From contig JACPCJ010000106.1 of NCBI GenBank assembly GCA_016179865.1, positions 8,950 through 72,949 on the forward strand: a stretch of DNA of 64,000 bases. The letters are read 5' to 3'. This DNA is from Actinomycetota bacterium (GTDB lineage Bacteria; Actinomycetota; Acidimicrobiia; IMCC26256; JACPCJ01). Below are positions 18,169-28,817 of the stretch, piece by piece (the stretch's first letter is position 1; every line of letters starts with the position of its first letter). The position numbers and the translations under genes were made by a program. The notes beneath the pieces are model-generated. The model had not been told where the DNA came from. It did no database searches and was given only the letters and a program-made list of their open reading frames with translations.

Positions 18169-21100
18169 TCAGATCTGGATCGGCTCGGGGCAGGCCTGGA
18201 AGCGGATGTGGCCCAGTTCGAGATCCAGCTCGAAGGGCGGCTGGCAGACGTGGACGCCCCTCGGGCTCCAGTCGGTGGCGCCCCGGTTGTCGGTCACCGT
18301 CCAGATGATGCGGTAGTCGCGGTGCCCCTCCACGTAGGTGTGCTTCAGGCGCGACCCGGCCACGTCGGTCCCGGTCTTCACCGTGTTGGGCGTGCCGTCG
18401 CCCCACTCGACCTCGATCTTGACGATCTGGCCGTCGGGGTCGTTACTCAGGTCGGTGAAGGTCATCTCTTCGCCCGCCCGGGGTCGTAGCGGCGAGTACG
18501 CCAGGTTGGCCGTCGGCGGCTGGTTGATGAGCCCCACGTCGATGGTCGTGACCACCTCGTCCACCTGGCCGTCGTTGTCGGTCGTCCGCAGCCGGATGTC
18601 GAACTCGCCCTCTTCCACGCCGTAGTCGTGGAACGGGTTGCGGGCCGTCGAGTCGACGGTCCCGTCGTCCTCGAAGTCCCACGCGTAGGTCCACCCGGTG
18701 GGCGGGGCGTCGGCAGCGTTCGCATGGGTACTCGTGTCGGTGAACTGCACCTGACCGGGCTCGATGACCTCGACGTCGAAGTCGGCCGCGGGTGGAACGT
18801 GGGCCACCGTGATCGTCTTCGTCGTCGTGTCGTCGAGATTGTGGTTGTCGCTCACCCGGAGATCGCACGTGTAGCTGCCGCCGTCGGCGAACTTGTGCGA
18901 CGGGTTGGTGGCGCTCGACGTGAACCCGTCGGAGCAGCTCCAGGCACGGGCCGCGATCGACCCGTCGGGGTCGGTGCTCGTGTCGGTGAGCTGGACCGTC
19001 TGGGTCTCGTTGGGCGACGCGGGCGAGAACGAGTAGTCGGCCAGCGGCCACCGCAGCGTGCGCACGATGTCGTCGGTCTGGCCGTCGTTGTCGGTCACCG
19101 CGAGCTTCACCGTCGACGAGCTCGGGCTCGACCCGAAGTCGTGCTGGGGGTTGCGGGCCGTCGAGTCCACCGTCCCGTCGTTGTCGAAGTCCCAGGCATA
19201 CGCCCAGCCGGTCGGCGGCGCGTCGGGGCCGTTCGGGTGCGTGCTCTGGTCGGTGAACTGGACCACCCCGGTCCCGTCGTCGTCCTGGGTGAACCCGGCC
19301 ACCGGGGCCACGTGGCTCACCGTCACGCTCTTGGTCTCGCCATCGGTGAGGCCGTCGTTGTCGGTGACGGTGAGGGTGCACGAGTAGGTCGCCCCGTCGG
19401 CGAACTTGTGCGTCGGGTTGGCGGCGCTCGACGTGAACCCGTCGGAGCAGCTCCAGGCACGGGCCGCGATCGACCCGTCAGGGTCGGTGCTCGTGTCGGT
19501 GAACTGCACCGTTGCGGTCTCGTCGGGTGACGACGGCGAGAACGTGAAGTTGGCCGTGGGCCGCACCTTCACGCGGAAGGTGACGGTGCGGTCGTTGTTC
19601 TCCTCGTTGAGCTCCCGCACCACGTTGGCCGGGTCGCCGGTGACCCGGAGCGAGTGGTTGCCGAAGGTCGCCGGCGTCCATCCGAAGTCAAGCGTCGCCG
19701 ACGCGCCGGCGGCGAGGTTCACCGTCTGGTCAGCCCCGACGGGCGCGCCGGCGTCGGCCAGACGGAAGGCGGCCCCGGTCACGTCGCGCGTCCCGGCGTT
19801 GCGCACCGTCGCCCGCACCGTCTGGGGCTCGTTGACGATCCCGTTCCCGATCACGGTGACGCTGTCGACCACAAGGTCGGCCGCGTTCGGCTCGTACACG
19901 AACACCTTGCCCGTATGGGCCTCGGAGTCGGTGACGGTGAAGAAGCCGGTCCCCACGACGATCTCGAGGAGGTCGTCGTCGCCGTCGACGTCGGCGATCA
20001 GCGGTCCGCCACTGGCGGCGTCGCCGGTGATCGTCTGGCGCCACTCTTCGGCTCCGTCCACAGCACTCACCACGAGCAGCTCCGAGGCCGGGGTGCCGGT
20101 CTCGGGGTCGCCCTCGAGGATGGTGGCGATCTCCAGGGTGCCATCGGAGTCGAGGTCAGCGATCGACACGCCGGCAGCGGTCAGGTCCCGCTCGTAGGCG
20201 ACGCCCCGGAGCGGGTCGCTGCCCTGGGATGCCCAGTGGTTCGCTCCCGTCCGGTTGTCGAACGTGGCCAGGCGGTTCCCGACTTGGGCCACGATCTCGG
20301 GCTGCCCGTCGCCATCGAGATCAGCGGCGGCCAGCGGGTTGATGGTGGCGGGCTTCAGCTCCAGGCGCCAGAGCTCGGCGCCCGTCCGCCCGTTGAGTGC
20401 GATCAGGACGTTGCGGTCCGGGTTTTGCGCTGCGGGCAGGGTCTTGGGCACCGGAATCAGCAGGGTCATTGATCTCCTTCTCCCAGAGAATCTGGCCGGG
20501 GTTGGCGCCGGAGAGGGCAACGACTTTGTCGTCGACGGCGGTGCCATCCACCGAAACGTGGACCTCACACTCACCAAGGAGAATGCCCTCGGGTGCGCCG
20601 GAACCGAACACGACGTCGTTCTTCCCGTCGCCGTTCAGGTCGGTGATGACGGGCGTCGAGGCAAGCAGAGCGTCCCCTCGGGAGAACTGCCACGACTCGG
20701 TGGCGCTTCCGCCCTCGCCGTTCAGGCCGTGCACGAAGTAGCTGATGCTCTGGGCCTCGATCTCGGCGCTCGGCGCGCCGGCGTTCGGGCATCCGGGTTC
20801 CTGGGTGCCGAGGCTGACGGAGAGGAGCGCCTCGTCGGCTCCGAACACGACCTCGGGGTTCGTGGCTTCGCCGTCGGTGTTGGCGGCGTGGACGCCGCCG
20901 AGGATGCCGACGATCTGCTCGCCGAGGTCGTCCCAGTTGTTGTCCTGGTACGTCCACTGCTGGGCGCCGGTGTGTGATCGGGCGATGAGGCGCTCGTCGT
21001 CGGGGGTGAGGAGCGGGTTGCCCTTCATGTAGACGACCTCGCCCTTGTTGTCGTTGTCGATCTCGGCGTTGTCGCCGGGGATGGCGAAGATGAAGCTGTC

Positions 21101-21505
21101 GCCCTCGTCCTGGGCCCAGTCGACCGCCCCGCCGGTGCCCTCACGAGCCTCGACCTTGTGGTGGAACTCGAAGCTGGGGGGGTTGGGCGGCGTGATCTGC
21201 ACGGCGACGTCGCTGGAGTTCACGACCACTTCGGGCGTGCCGTCGTTGTCGAGGTCGGCGACCGTCGGAGGTCCGAGCACTGGGTAGGCGATGTTTTGCT
21301 GCCACTTCAGGCGCGCGAACCCGCCCTGGCCGGCGGTGAAGGCGCTCGTGCCAACGGCCTGACCGGTGTGGCCGAGGTCGTGCCGGAAGGTTGGCCATGA
21401 CCCCGTCTCGGGTGACCACGCCGCCTGCGCCTCGCTCGGCACCAGAACAGCAACGACCATCGTGAGCGCGCTCGCGAGCGCGACGCGCAACCGCCCCTTC
21501 ACCAT
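18169..21505 (-). pseudogene. Secreted FG-GAP/beta-propeller + CARDB + multiple PKD domain protein, split by a frameshift near 20420-20470
   Basis: Signal peptide (MVKGRLRVALASALTMVVAVLVPSEAQA) and DLDNDG/DLNGDG repeats in ORF 20321-21505 continue as DLDGDG repeats, CARDB and PKD (WDFDNDG, WGDG) in the overlapping frame 18169-20577. Confidence 0.7.
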
Positions 21506-21704
21506 CACGACCTCCCCATTCGTGACGGGCCCCCGCCCGTGCATGGCCGGGCGACGCTGGTGCTCCCCGTTCGGGGTGACACCCGCGTCACCTTCCCCCC
21601 TCTCGACGCACGAGTTCGCGTGGCGTGACGGAATCTGCGCGCGAGACGTGGCGCGATCACGGATGGTGGCGGTGCCAGCGCAGGGAGCGCCGGGATTGTT
21701 GACC

Positions 21705-22562
21705 TCAGCGGTACCGGCGGTCGAGGTCGAAGTGATGGGGGGCGTCGACTGCGCCACCGAATTCGTCGAAGGTGACGAGCCGGTCGAGGTGATCGCGGAG
21801 CGTCCCCTCCGCCCGCAGGACGGCCAGCGTTTCCTTCAGAGCCTTGGTCATCGAGAACAGCCCCGAGAGCGGAGACACGATCAGGTCGTAACCGAGGTCG
21901 TGCAGTTCGGAGGGAGTCAGGAGGGGCGTCTTGCCCGTCTCGATCATGTTGGCGACCCGGACAACCCCGGGCACCGCGGCCGCCACTTTCTCGAGTTCGG
22001 CTACCGACTCGGGGGCCTCGACGAAGACGGCGTCGACGCCGAGGTCGGCGGCCAGGCGGGCCCGCTCGATCGCCTCTTCGAGGTCGATGGCGGCACGAGC
22101 GTCGGTGCGGGCGGTGATGAACAGGTGCTCGCGATGCTCGACCGCCGCCCGCAGCTTCGACAGCCACTCCTCCCGCGGGACGACCTCCTTGCCCTCCATG
22201 TGCCCGCACCGCTTCGGCCACACCTGGTCCTCGATGAAGATCCCGGTAGCCCCGGCGTCTTCCCACATCCGGATGGTGCGAATGGTGTTGAGGGCGTTGC
22301 CGTGGCCGGTGTCGCCGTCGACGACGACCATGGTCTCGGGCGATGCACGGCAGACCCGGCGGGCAACCTCCGCCATCTCCGCCTGGGTGAGGTAGCCCAG
22401 GTCGGGAAGCCCGAGCTGGGTCCCGGCCACGCTGTAGCCGGAGAGGAACACGGTGTCGAAGCCGGCCGCGGCACAGAGCCGCGCCGAGAGTGCGTCCCAC
22501 ACCCCGGGCATGAGCACGGGCTCGCCGGCCTGGAGTCGCCGCCGCAGGTCGTCGCCGTTCAC
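21705..22562 (-). CDS. Isocitrate lyase/PEP mutase family (methylisocitrate lyase-like)
   Basis: PGVWDALSA, DGDTGHG, IEDQVWPKRCGH and ARTDA motifs; likely GTG start at 22562. Confidence 0.9.
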   Translation of the reverse strand: MNGDDLRRRLQAGEPVLMPGVWDALSARLCAAAGFDTVFLSGYSVAGTQLGLPDLGYLTQAEMAEVARRVCRASPETMVVVDGDTGHGNALNTIRTIRMWEDAGATGIFIEDQVWPKRCGHMEGKEVVPREEWLSKLRAAVEHREHLFITARTDARAAIDLEEAIERARLAADLGVDAVFVEAPESVAELEKVAAAVPGVVRVANMIETGKTPLLTPSELHDLGYDLIVSPLSGLFSMTKALKETLAVLRAEGTLRDHLDRLVTFDEFGGAVDAPHHFDLDRRYR

Positions 22563-22687
22563 GCGATTCGACCGTTTCTCCACGCTTCCATTGGGAGGGA
22601 CGCTATCGGGCCCGTCCGGCACGAGGCGGGCGAACCCGCGGCCGGGGCTCTTCATGAATCGCGGGGTCGCGCCGAACAGGAAGGCAG

Positions 22688-23797
22688 ATGGCTGTTCCCC
22701 TGGCGTCGTGGAACGGCGAGGGGGCCTTCGCACGCCTTTACGCGGAGCACTCGCCGAGGGTCGCCGGCCTGGCGCGCCGGCTCGTGGCCCGACGCGACCT
22801 CGTCGACGACGTGGTTCAGGAGACCTTCCTCCGTGCCTACCGCATCGGCCTGCACCTCGACACGGATGGCGACGACGCCCGCGACCCCTGGCCGTGGCTC
22901 GCCCACGTGGCCCGCAACGTCTGTCACGACGTTCACCGCCGGGCTTGCGTGGTCGCCGTCGTGCCGATCGAGGGCGCCGACTTCCCGAGCTCAGAGCCAG
23001 GGCCGGACGCGGCCGCTGAAGACCGCGCCCGCGCCCATCTGATCGGACAGGCGCTCGCCAACCTGCCGACCGGCCAGCAGGAACTCTTGCGGCAGCACCA
23101 CGTCGACGGCCTGCCCTGTGGAGTTATCGCCAGGGAAGGGCACACGACGACGGAAGGCGTGAAGTCGGCCCTCCGACGAGCCCGGGCGGCGTTCCGTGCC
23201 CGGTACGAGGGCTGGCGGGGCCTCTGGCCCGAGGTCGCCGGGGGTGGACTCTCGCGCCTCGGGTACGCCCTGCGCTCGGGTGGGGCGCGAATCCCGATCC
23301 CCGCCATGCGCCCCGGCGTGGCCGGTGCCTTGGCGGCGCTCTTCGCCCTTGGGATGGCCGTACCCAGCGGGCGGGCATCGGAGGTGGTCGACCCCGACTC
23401 GCGAGCTCTGGCGCCTCCGCAGTCCAGCGCCGCGCCCGACCCAGTGCCCGAATCCTCCTCTGCCCACGCCCAGCCGGTTGCGAGTAACCCGGCGGTGGCG
23501 CCCGAGATCCCCGTGGGTGGGCGGCTCATCAGCTTCCAGCCTCCCGAGTCCCCAGATGTGCCGCCCACCCCGGCTTCAACCCCCGGCCCCTCGGTCGCCG
23601 GCCCCGCCCCGGAGGCCCCGACCACGTCACCCGTCGTGGCTCCCCCGACTCCAGGAGTGGACGTCCCCCTGCCGGCCCTGCCCCCGCTACCCGACCCCGC
23701 CTCCATCCCGGGTGCGGGGGGTGTCGACGACTTGGCGCCGGTCACGGCGCCCCTCCTCGACCTCGTCGGCGGCCTGGCCGCGCCCCTCCTCGGATAG
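22688..23797 (+). CDS. ECF sigma factor with C-terminal TM/Pro-rich extension
   Basis: DDVVQETFLRAY, PWLAHVARN, region 4 VKSALRRAR, then hydrophobic helix and Pro-rich tail. Confidence 0.8.
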   Translation: MAVPLASWNGEGAFARLYAEHSPRVAGLARRLVARRDLVDDVVQETFLRAYRIGLHLDTDGDDARDPWPWLAHVARNVCHDVHRRACVVAVVPIEGADFPSSEPGPDAAAEDRARAHLIGQALANLPTGQQELLRQHHVDGLPCGVIAREGHTTTEGVKSALRRARAAFRARYEGWRGLWPEVAGGGLSRLGYALRSGGARIPIPAMRPGVAGALAALFALGMAVPSGRASEVVDPDSRALAPPQSSAAPDPVPESSSAHAQPVASNPAVAPEIPVGGRLISFQPPESPDVPPTPASTPGPSVAGPAPEAPTTSPVVAPPTPGVDVPLPALPPLPDPASIPGAGGVDDLAPVTAPLLDLVGGLAAPLLG

Positions 23798-23921
23798 CGC
23801 CACCCGGCGCGAACCGGGCGCGTCTTCGCACACCTGTCGGCTCGCGAGCCACCGCGCCCCGCGTGCTGCGTGTTCCTTCGTGGACGGGCGTCCACATTGG
23901 CGGAACACAGGAGGCGATTCC

Positions 23922-24662
23922 ATGAGAACACCCCGGAGGACACGACTGATGGCAGCGGTGGCAACAGGTGGACTGGCACTGACGGCTTGGGTCGGCGCCT
24001 TGGCGCCGGCCCGGGCGCAACTCGCCGACCCGGGAGCCGGCGTTGGTGACGCGGTGGGCGACGTGGGCCAGACGGTGAACGACGCCGTCGACGGCGCCCA
24101 GTTGACCGTCGACGACACCGTCGCCACTGCTACCGACGCGGTGAACCAGGTCGTCGACGGCGTCCAGGACACCGTCAGTGGCCTGCTCGACGACCCCGCC
24201 GACCCGAAGCCCAACCCCGACCCCGGTTCGGGCGGTGGCAACGAGGGAACCCTGCCGTCCGGCCCCGCGACCAACCCCTCGGGGCAAGCGGGAACGGCGC
24301 CGGAGAGTTCCGCGGCGTCGCCGGCGTCGTCGACCGTCGAGCCTGCTCCCTCGGCCGCCGGTCCGAGTTCGGGGCCGGTGGGGGTGACCACGCCCGGGCC
24401 GCGAACCGGTGACGGGAGCAGGGGTCGGTTCCTCCCGACGACCCGTGTCATGGCGGTGCGCGACGCCGAACCCGACGTCGGCGTGCGCGAGCCGGGCACG
24501 GACGTCTCCCCGGCCTCCCTGCCCCGGCCGCTGGTGCTGGCCGCGGCCGGGCTCCTGACGGCCGTCGCGCTCGGGCTCGCCTGGGCCGCGTCGCCTGGCA
24601 GTTCAGCGGTCCCCGCCCGCTGGCCACGTCGACTGCCAGCGGCGATCCCGGTGCGAGCCTGA
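23922..24662 (+). CDS. Secreted/membrane-anchored low-complexity protein
   Basis: SD GGAGG; signal peptide ending ARA; acidic helical repeats (DAVGDVGQTVNDAVD); C-terminal TM. Confidence 0.6.
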   Translation: MRTPRRTRLMAAVATGGLALTAWVGALAPARAQLADPGAGVGDAVGDVGQTVNDAVDGAQLTVDDTVATATDAVNQVVDGVQDTVSGLLDDPADPKPNPDPGSGGGNEGTLPSGPATNPSGQAGTAPESSAASPASSTVEPAPSAAGPSSGPVGVTTPGPRTGDGSRGRFLPTTRVMAVRDAEPDVGVREPGTDVSPASLPRPLVLAAAGLLTAVALGLAWAASPGSSAVPARWPRRLPAAIPVRA

Positions 24663-24680
24663 GCCGGCGGCCCTCCTGCG

Positions 24681-24727
24681 GTGTGTGAGTGCCCGGTTGC
24701 GGAATCCGCAACCGGGCACTCACACAC
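24681..24727. repeat. Perfect hairpin, REP-like family A
   Basis: GTGTGTGAGTGCCCGGTTGCGG-AAT-CCGCAACCGGGCACTCACACAC; homologous to 18103-18147 with compensatory changes. Confidence 0.85.
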
Positions 24728-24732
24728 AGGAA

Positions 24733-26166
24733 TCAGCGAGGAGCGCCGGGCGCCACCTTGGGCCATGGGCGTTCCCGCTCGACGGCGAGCGCGAGGTCGA
24801 GGAGGAGGGCGTCCTCGAGGTGGCGCCCAATGATCTGCATGCCGACGGGGAGCGGGGTTCCCGACGGCGTTGCGTCCTCCCCGATAGGGGGCAGCGTGCC
24901 GACCGGGATCGACACCGCCGGGTTGCCGACGATGTTGGCGGGGATCGTCAGGGCACCGTTGTTCTCGGGGCCGACGGGCTGGGTGCCCACCCGAAGGTTC
25001 AGGCCAATCTCAGCCGGGTAAGCCACGTCGGGGTTGGTGGCGGCGATGATGAAGTCGGCCTCGTCGAAGACGGCGGCCATCGTCTCGTTGGCCTCGATGC
25101 GCTGCTCCTCGACCCGGGCCGCCATCTCGAGGTTGTAGTGCTCACTGGCCAGCTTCATGCCGAAGGCGATCTCCATGGTGAGGTCGGGTTCGCACTCGGG
25201 ATACAGGTCCTTCAGCTCTCGCAGGAGCTGCGACAGGTTGGCCATGGCCCACTCGACCCCGAGGCCGGGGAGCTTGACGGGCACGTCGATGAGTTCGAGA
25301 CCGAGATCCTTGGCCAGCGCCTCGCCGGCGGCGACGATCATCTCGGCGACGTCGGGGCGGACGACCGCCGACCCGAGGTCGGGGGCGATCACCGCCTTCT
25401 TGCCGGCGAGGTCGTGACTGCCGAGGTCGCGCTCCCAGCCTTCGACCTTGGCAAGGCTGTAGGGGTCACGGCTGTCGTGGCCGGCGCAGACGTCGTACCA
25501 CCGGGCCACGTCGCGCACCGACCGCGACTGGCAGCCGAGCACGACGGTCAGGGGTGCAATCTCGCAGAAGGGGCCCCGGGGGATGCGTCCCGCGGTGCCC
25601 TTCATCCCCAGGAGGCCGCTGAAGGCGGCCGGGATCCGAATCGACCCGCCCCCGTCGCCGCCGCTGGCGATGGGCACCAACCCGCCGGCCACCGCCGAAG
25701 AGCTGCCGCCGGATGAACCTCCCGCGGTGCGGGTTGGGTCCCACCCGTTGCCCGTGACGCCGTGCATCTTGGTGACGCTCACGTTGAGGCCGCCGAACTC
25801 GCTCGCCGTGCACTGCCCCACGGGGACGGCGCCGGCGGCGACGAGCCGGTCGAACCACGTCTTGGAGTAGGTGGCGACGCGGTCCTTGAAGGCCAGCGAC
25901 GCCTCGGTGTGGGGCCAGCCGGGAACCGGGTCGAGTTCTTTGATCCCGACCGGAACCCCGCCGAATGGGAGCGAGGGGTCGGCGTTCTTTACCCGCTCGC
26001 GGGCCTCCTCGGTGGCGACGTAGCAGAAGGCGTTCAGCTCCGACGCCTCGATGGCGCCCAGACACGCCTCGAGTTCTTCGGCCGGCGAGCGCTCGCCGGA
26101 GCGGAAGGCGTCCACGAGCGAGGAGGCGTCGTCGAGCCAGGGACCGTCGGTGTGTGAGGTAGGCAT
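24733..26166 (-). CDS. Amidase signature family protein
   Basis: GVPVGIKEL, GGSSGGSS and GGDGGGSIRIPA motifs. Confidence 0.93.
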   Translation of the reverse strand: MPTSHTDGPWLDDASSLVDAFRSGERSPAEELEACLGAIEASELNAFCYVATEEARERVKNADPSLPFGGVPVGIKELDPVPGWPHTEASLAFKDRVATYSKTWFDRLVAAGAVPVGQCTASEFGGLNVSVTKMHGVTGNGWDPTRTAGGSSGGSSSAVAGGLVPIASGGDGGGSIRIPAAFSGLLGMKGTAGRIPRGPFCEIAPLTVVLGCQSRSVRDVARWYDVCAGHDSRDPYSLAKVEGWERDLGSHDLAGKKAVIAPDLGSAVVRPDVAEMIVAAGEALAKDLGLELIDVPVKLPGLGVEWAMANLSQLLRELKDLYPECEPDLTMEIAFGMKLASEHYNLEMAARVEEQRIEANETMAAVFDEADFIIAATNPDVAYPAEIGLNLRVGTQPVGPENNGALTIPANIVGNPAVSIPVGTLPPIGEDATPSGTPLPVGMQIIGRHLEDALLLDLALAVERERPWPKVAPGAPR

Positions 26167-26240
26167 GGTGCAAACGGTACAGGGGTCCTATCCTGACCCG
26201 CAGGTCAAGTCAGACGAACGACGCGGGAGGGGGCGCCGGC

Positions 26241-27974
26241 ATGCATGACCTGGTGATCCGCGGGGGCACGGTTGTCGATGGGACCGGCGGTGACCGGTTC
26301 AGCGCCGACGTCGCCATCGACGGGGGAGTCATCGCTGACGTCGGCCGGGTCACAGGGCCGGGCCGAGAGGAGATCGACGCCGACGGGCTCCTCGTCACCC
26401 CCGGCTTCGTCGACATCCACACCCACTACGACGGCCAGGTGTCGTGGGACCCGTACTTGACGCCGTCGTCTCTCCATGGCGTCACCACCGTGGTGATGGG
26501 CAACTGCGGGGTGGGTTTCGCTCCCATCCGCCCCGACCACCACGATTTCCTGATCTCCCTCATGGAGGGGGTCGAAGACATCCCCGGCACCGCCCTCGCC
26601 GAGGGCATCACCTGGGAGTGGGAGAGTTTCCCCGAGTACCTGGACGCCGTCGAGCGGGTGCCCCACGCGCTCGACATCGGCGCCCAGGTGCCCCACGGGG
26701 CGCTGCGGGCCTACGTGATGGGAGAGCGCGGGGCCGCCCGGGAGGACGCCTCGGCGGACGAGATCGACGAGATGACCCGCCTGACCCGGGAGGCGATCGG
26801 CGCCGGCGCCCTTGGGTTCACCACCTCGCGCACCGTGCGCCACCGCACGAGCGCGGGCGACTACACACCGTCGCTCGGCGCCGTTCCCGCCGAGTTGTGG
26901 GGGATCGGGCGGGCCCTCGCCGATGTGGGCGCCGGGGTGTTCGAGCTGGTGTCGGACTTCGAGGACTTCGAGGGCGAGTTCGCCATGATTCGCGAGCTGG
27001 CCGGGTCGACGGGGCGCCCGCTCTCGGTGTCGCTCAGCCAGCACGACGCCGTCCCGGATGGTTGGCGCGAGTTTCTGAAGCGGATCGACGAAGCCAACGA
27101 CGACGGAATGAAGGTGACGGCCCAGGTGGCGTGCCGAGCCATCGGCGTCATGCTGGGCCTCGAGGCCAGCCTGCATCCCTTCGTCGCCCACCCGTCATAC
27201 GGGCCGCTCCACCTCCTCCCTCTCGCGGAGAAGGTGGCGAGGATGTCGGACCCCGACACCCGCGCCCAGATCCTCTCGGAAGAACCCGCCTTTGGTGGGC
27301 CCTTCCGTCAGTTCGCCGAGAGCTTCCACAAGATGTTCGCCCTCGGTGACCCTGCCGACTATGAGCCGGCTCCCGACCAGAGCGCCCAGGCCATCGCCGA
27401 GGCCCGAGGGGTGCGGCCCGAAGAGGTGGTCTACGACATGCTCTTGGCCCGCGACGGCCACGAGCTCATCTACTACCCGCTGTTCAACTACGCCCACGGC
27501 AACCTCGACGCCGCCCGGGAGATGATGCTGCACGAGCACACGGTGCTCGGGCTGTCCGACGGGGGGGCCCATTGCGGGGCCATCTGTGACGCCAGCTTCC
27601 CGACCACCCTGCTGACGCTGTGGGCCCGCGACCGCACCCGGGGCGAGCGACTCCCGCTGGAATGGGTGGTGCGAGCGCAGACCCGCGAGACGGCCGAGGC
27701 CGTCGGTCTGTGCGACCGGGGGTTGGTGGCCCCCGGGTTCAAGGCCGACCTCAACGTGATCGACTTCGACAACCTGGAACTTCCCCCGCCGCGGATCGTG
27801 CACGACCTCCCAGCGGGAGGGAAGCGTCTCACCCAGGGTGCCCGCGGCTACACGGCGACCGTGTGCTCGGGCACCGTCACCTTCCGCGAAGGCGAGCCGA
27901 CCGGAGCCCTCCCCGGCCGCCTGGTCCGGGGCGCCCAGCCCACCCTCAACGCGGCGCCCGCGCGTTCCGGCTGA
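26241..27974 (+). CDS. N-acyl-D-amino-acid deacylase / amidohydrolase
   Basis: [22 protein letters not shown] and SDGGAH motifs. Confidence 0.92.
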   Translation: MHDLVIRGGTVVDGTGGDRFSADVAIDGGVIADVGRVTGPGREEIDADGLLVTPGFVDIHTHYDGQVSWDPYLTPSSLHGVTTVVMGNCGVGFAPIRPDHHDFLISLMEGVEDIPGTALAEGITWEWESFPEYLDAVERVPHALDIGAQVPHGALRAYVMGERGAAREDASADEIDEMTRLTREAIGAGALGFTTSRTVRHRTSAGDYTPSLGAVPAELWGIGRALADVGAGVFELVSDFEDFEGEFAMIRELAGSTGRPLSVSLSQHDAVPDGWREFLKRIDEANDDGMKVTAQVACRAIGVMLGLEASLHPFVAHPSYGPLHLLPLAEKVARMSDPDTRAQILSEEPAFGGPFRQFAESFHKMFALGDPADYEPAPDQSAQAIAEARGVRPEEVVYDMLLARDGHELIYYPLFNYAHGNLDAAREMMLHEHTVLGLSDGGAHCGAICDASFPTTLLTLWARDRTRGERLPLEWVVRAQTRETAEAVGLCDRGLVAPGFKADLNVIDFDNLELPPPRIVHDLPAGGKRLTQGARGYTATVCSGTVTFREGEPTGALPGRLVRGAQPTLNAAPARSG

Positions 27975-27995
27975 CGCCCCGGTAGCGTCGGGGAC

Positions 27996-28805
27996 TTGGC
28001 GGATCAGCTCATTCTCGAGGCCCGCGGGCTCATCAAGGAGTACGGTGAGGGCGGGATGGCGCAGCGGGTGCTCGACGGCGTCGACCTCGCCGTCAGCCCG
28101 GGTCGGTTCGTCGCCATCATGGGCCCGTCGGGATCGGGCAAGTCGACCCTCCTGCATCTTCTCGGCGGACTCGACACGCCGACGGCGGGCGACGTTCACG
28201 TCGACGGCGTGCCCCTCTCGGACCTCTCGGACCGGGAGCGGACGCTGCTCCGCCGCGACCGGATCGGCATCGTGTACCAGTTCTTCAACCTGGTGCCGGT
28301 GCTGACGGCGGCCGAGAACATCGCCCTCCCCGCCGTCATCAGCGGCATCGCGCCCAAGACCTACGGCCCCCGGGTCGACGAGGTCATCGACCTCGTCGGT
28401 CTCGACGGGGAGCGTGACAAGCTCCCCAACCAGCTCTCGGGGGGCCAGCAGCAGCGGGCCGCCATCGGGCGGGCGTTGCTGTCCGAGCCGTCGATCATCC
28501 TGGCCGACGAGCCAACAGGCAACCTCGACCTCCGCACGGGCTTCGGCGTGTTGGCACTGTTGGTCGCCGCTCAGCAGGACCTCGGCCAGACGGTTGTGAT
28601 GGTCACGCATGACCCGCTCATTGCCGCCCACGCCGACGAGGTGCACCTCTTGCGCGACGGGGCCTTTGCTGCCGACCTGACCGTCTCCGAACAGGTCTCG
28701 AGCGAGGCGGCCGCCGACCCCACTCACGAGTCGCGGGGCCGAGCCGTCCTGGAGTGGCTCCAGGAGTTGGGAGCGGCCGGGCCCGCGCGCTCGGCCGTGC
28801 ACTGA
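27996..28805 (+). CDS. ABC transporter ATP-binding protein (LolD/MacB type)
   Basis: [17 protein letters not shown] and DEPTGNLD motifs. Confidence 0.93.
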   Translation: MADQLILEARGLIKEYGEGGMAQRVLDGVDLAVSPGRFVAIMGPSGSGKSTLLHLLGGLDTPTAGDVHVDGVPLSDLSDRERTLLRRDRIGIVYQFFNLVPVLTAAENIALPAVISGIAPKTYGPRVDEVIDLVGLDGERDKLPNQLSGGQQQRAAIGRALLSEPSIILADEPTGNLDLRTGFGVLALLVAAQQDLGQTVVMVTHDPLIAAHADEVHLLRDGAFAADLTVSEQVSSEAAADPTHESRGRAVLEWLQELGAAGPARSAVH

Positions 28806-28817
28806 CGCGGCCCGCGA

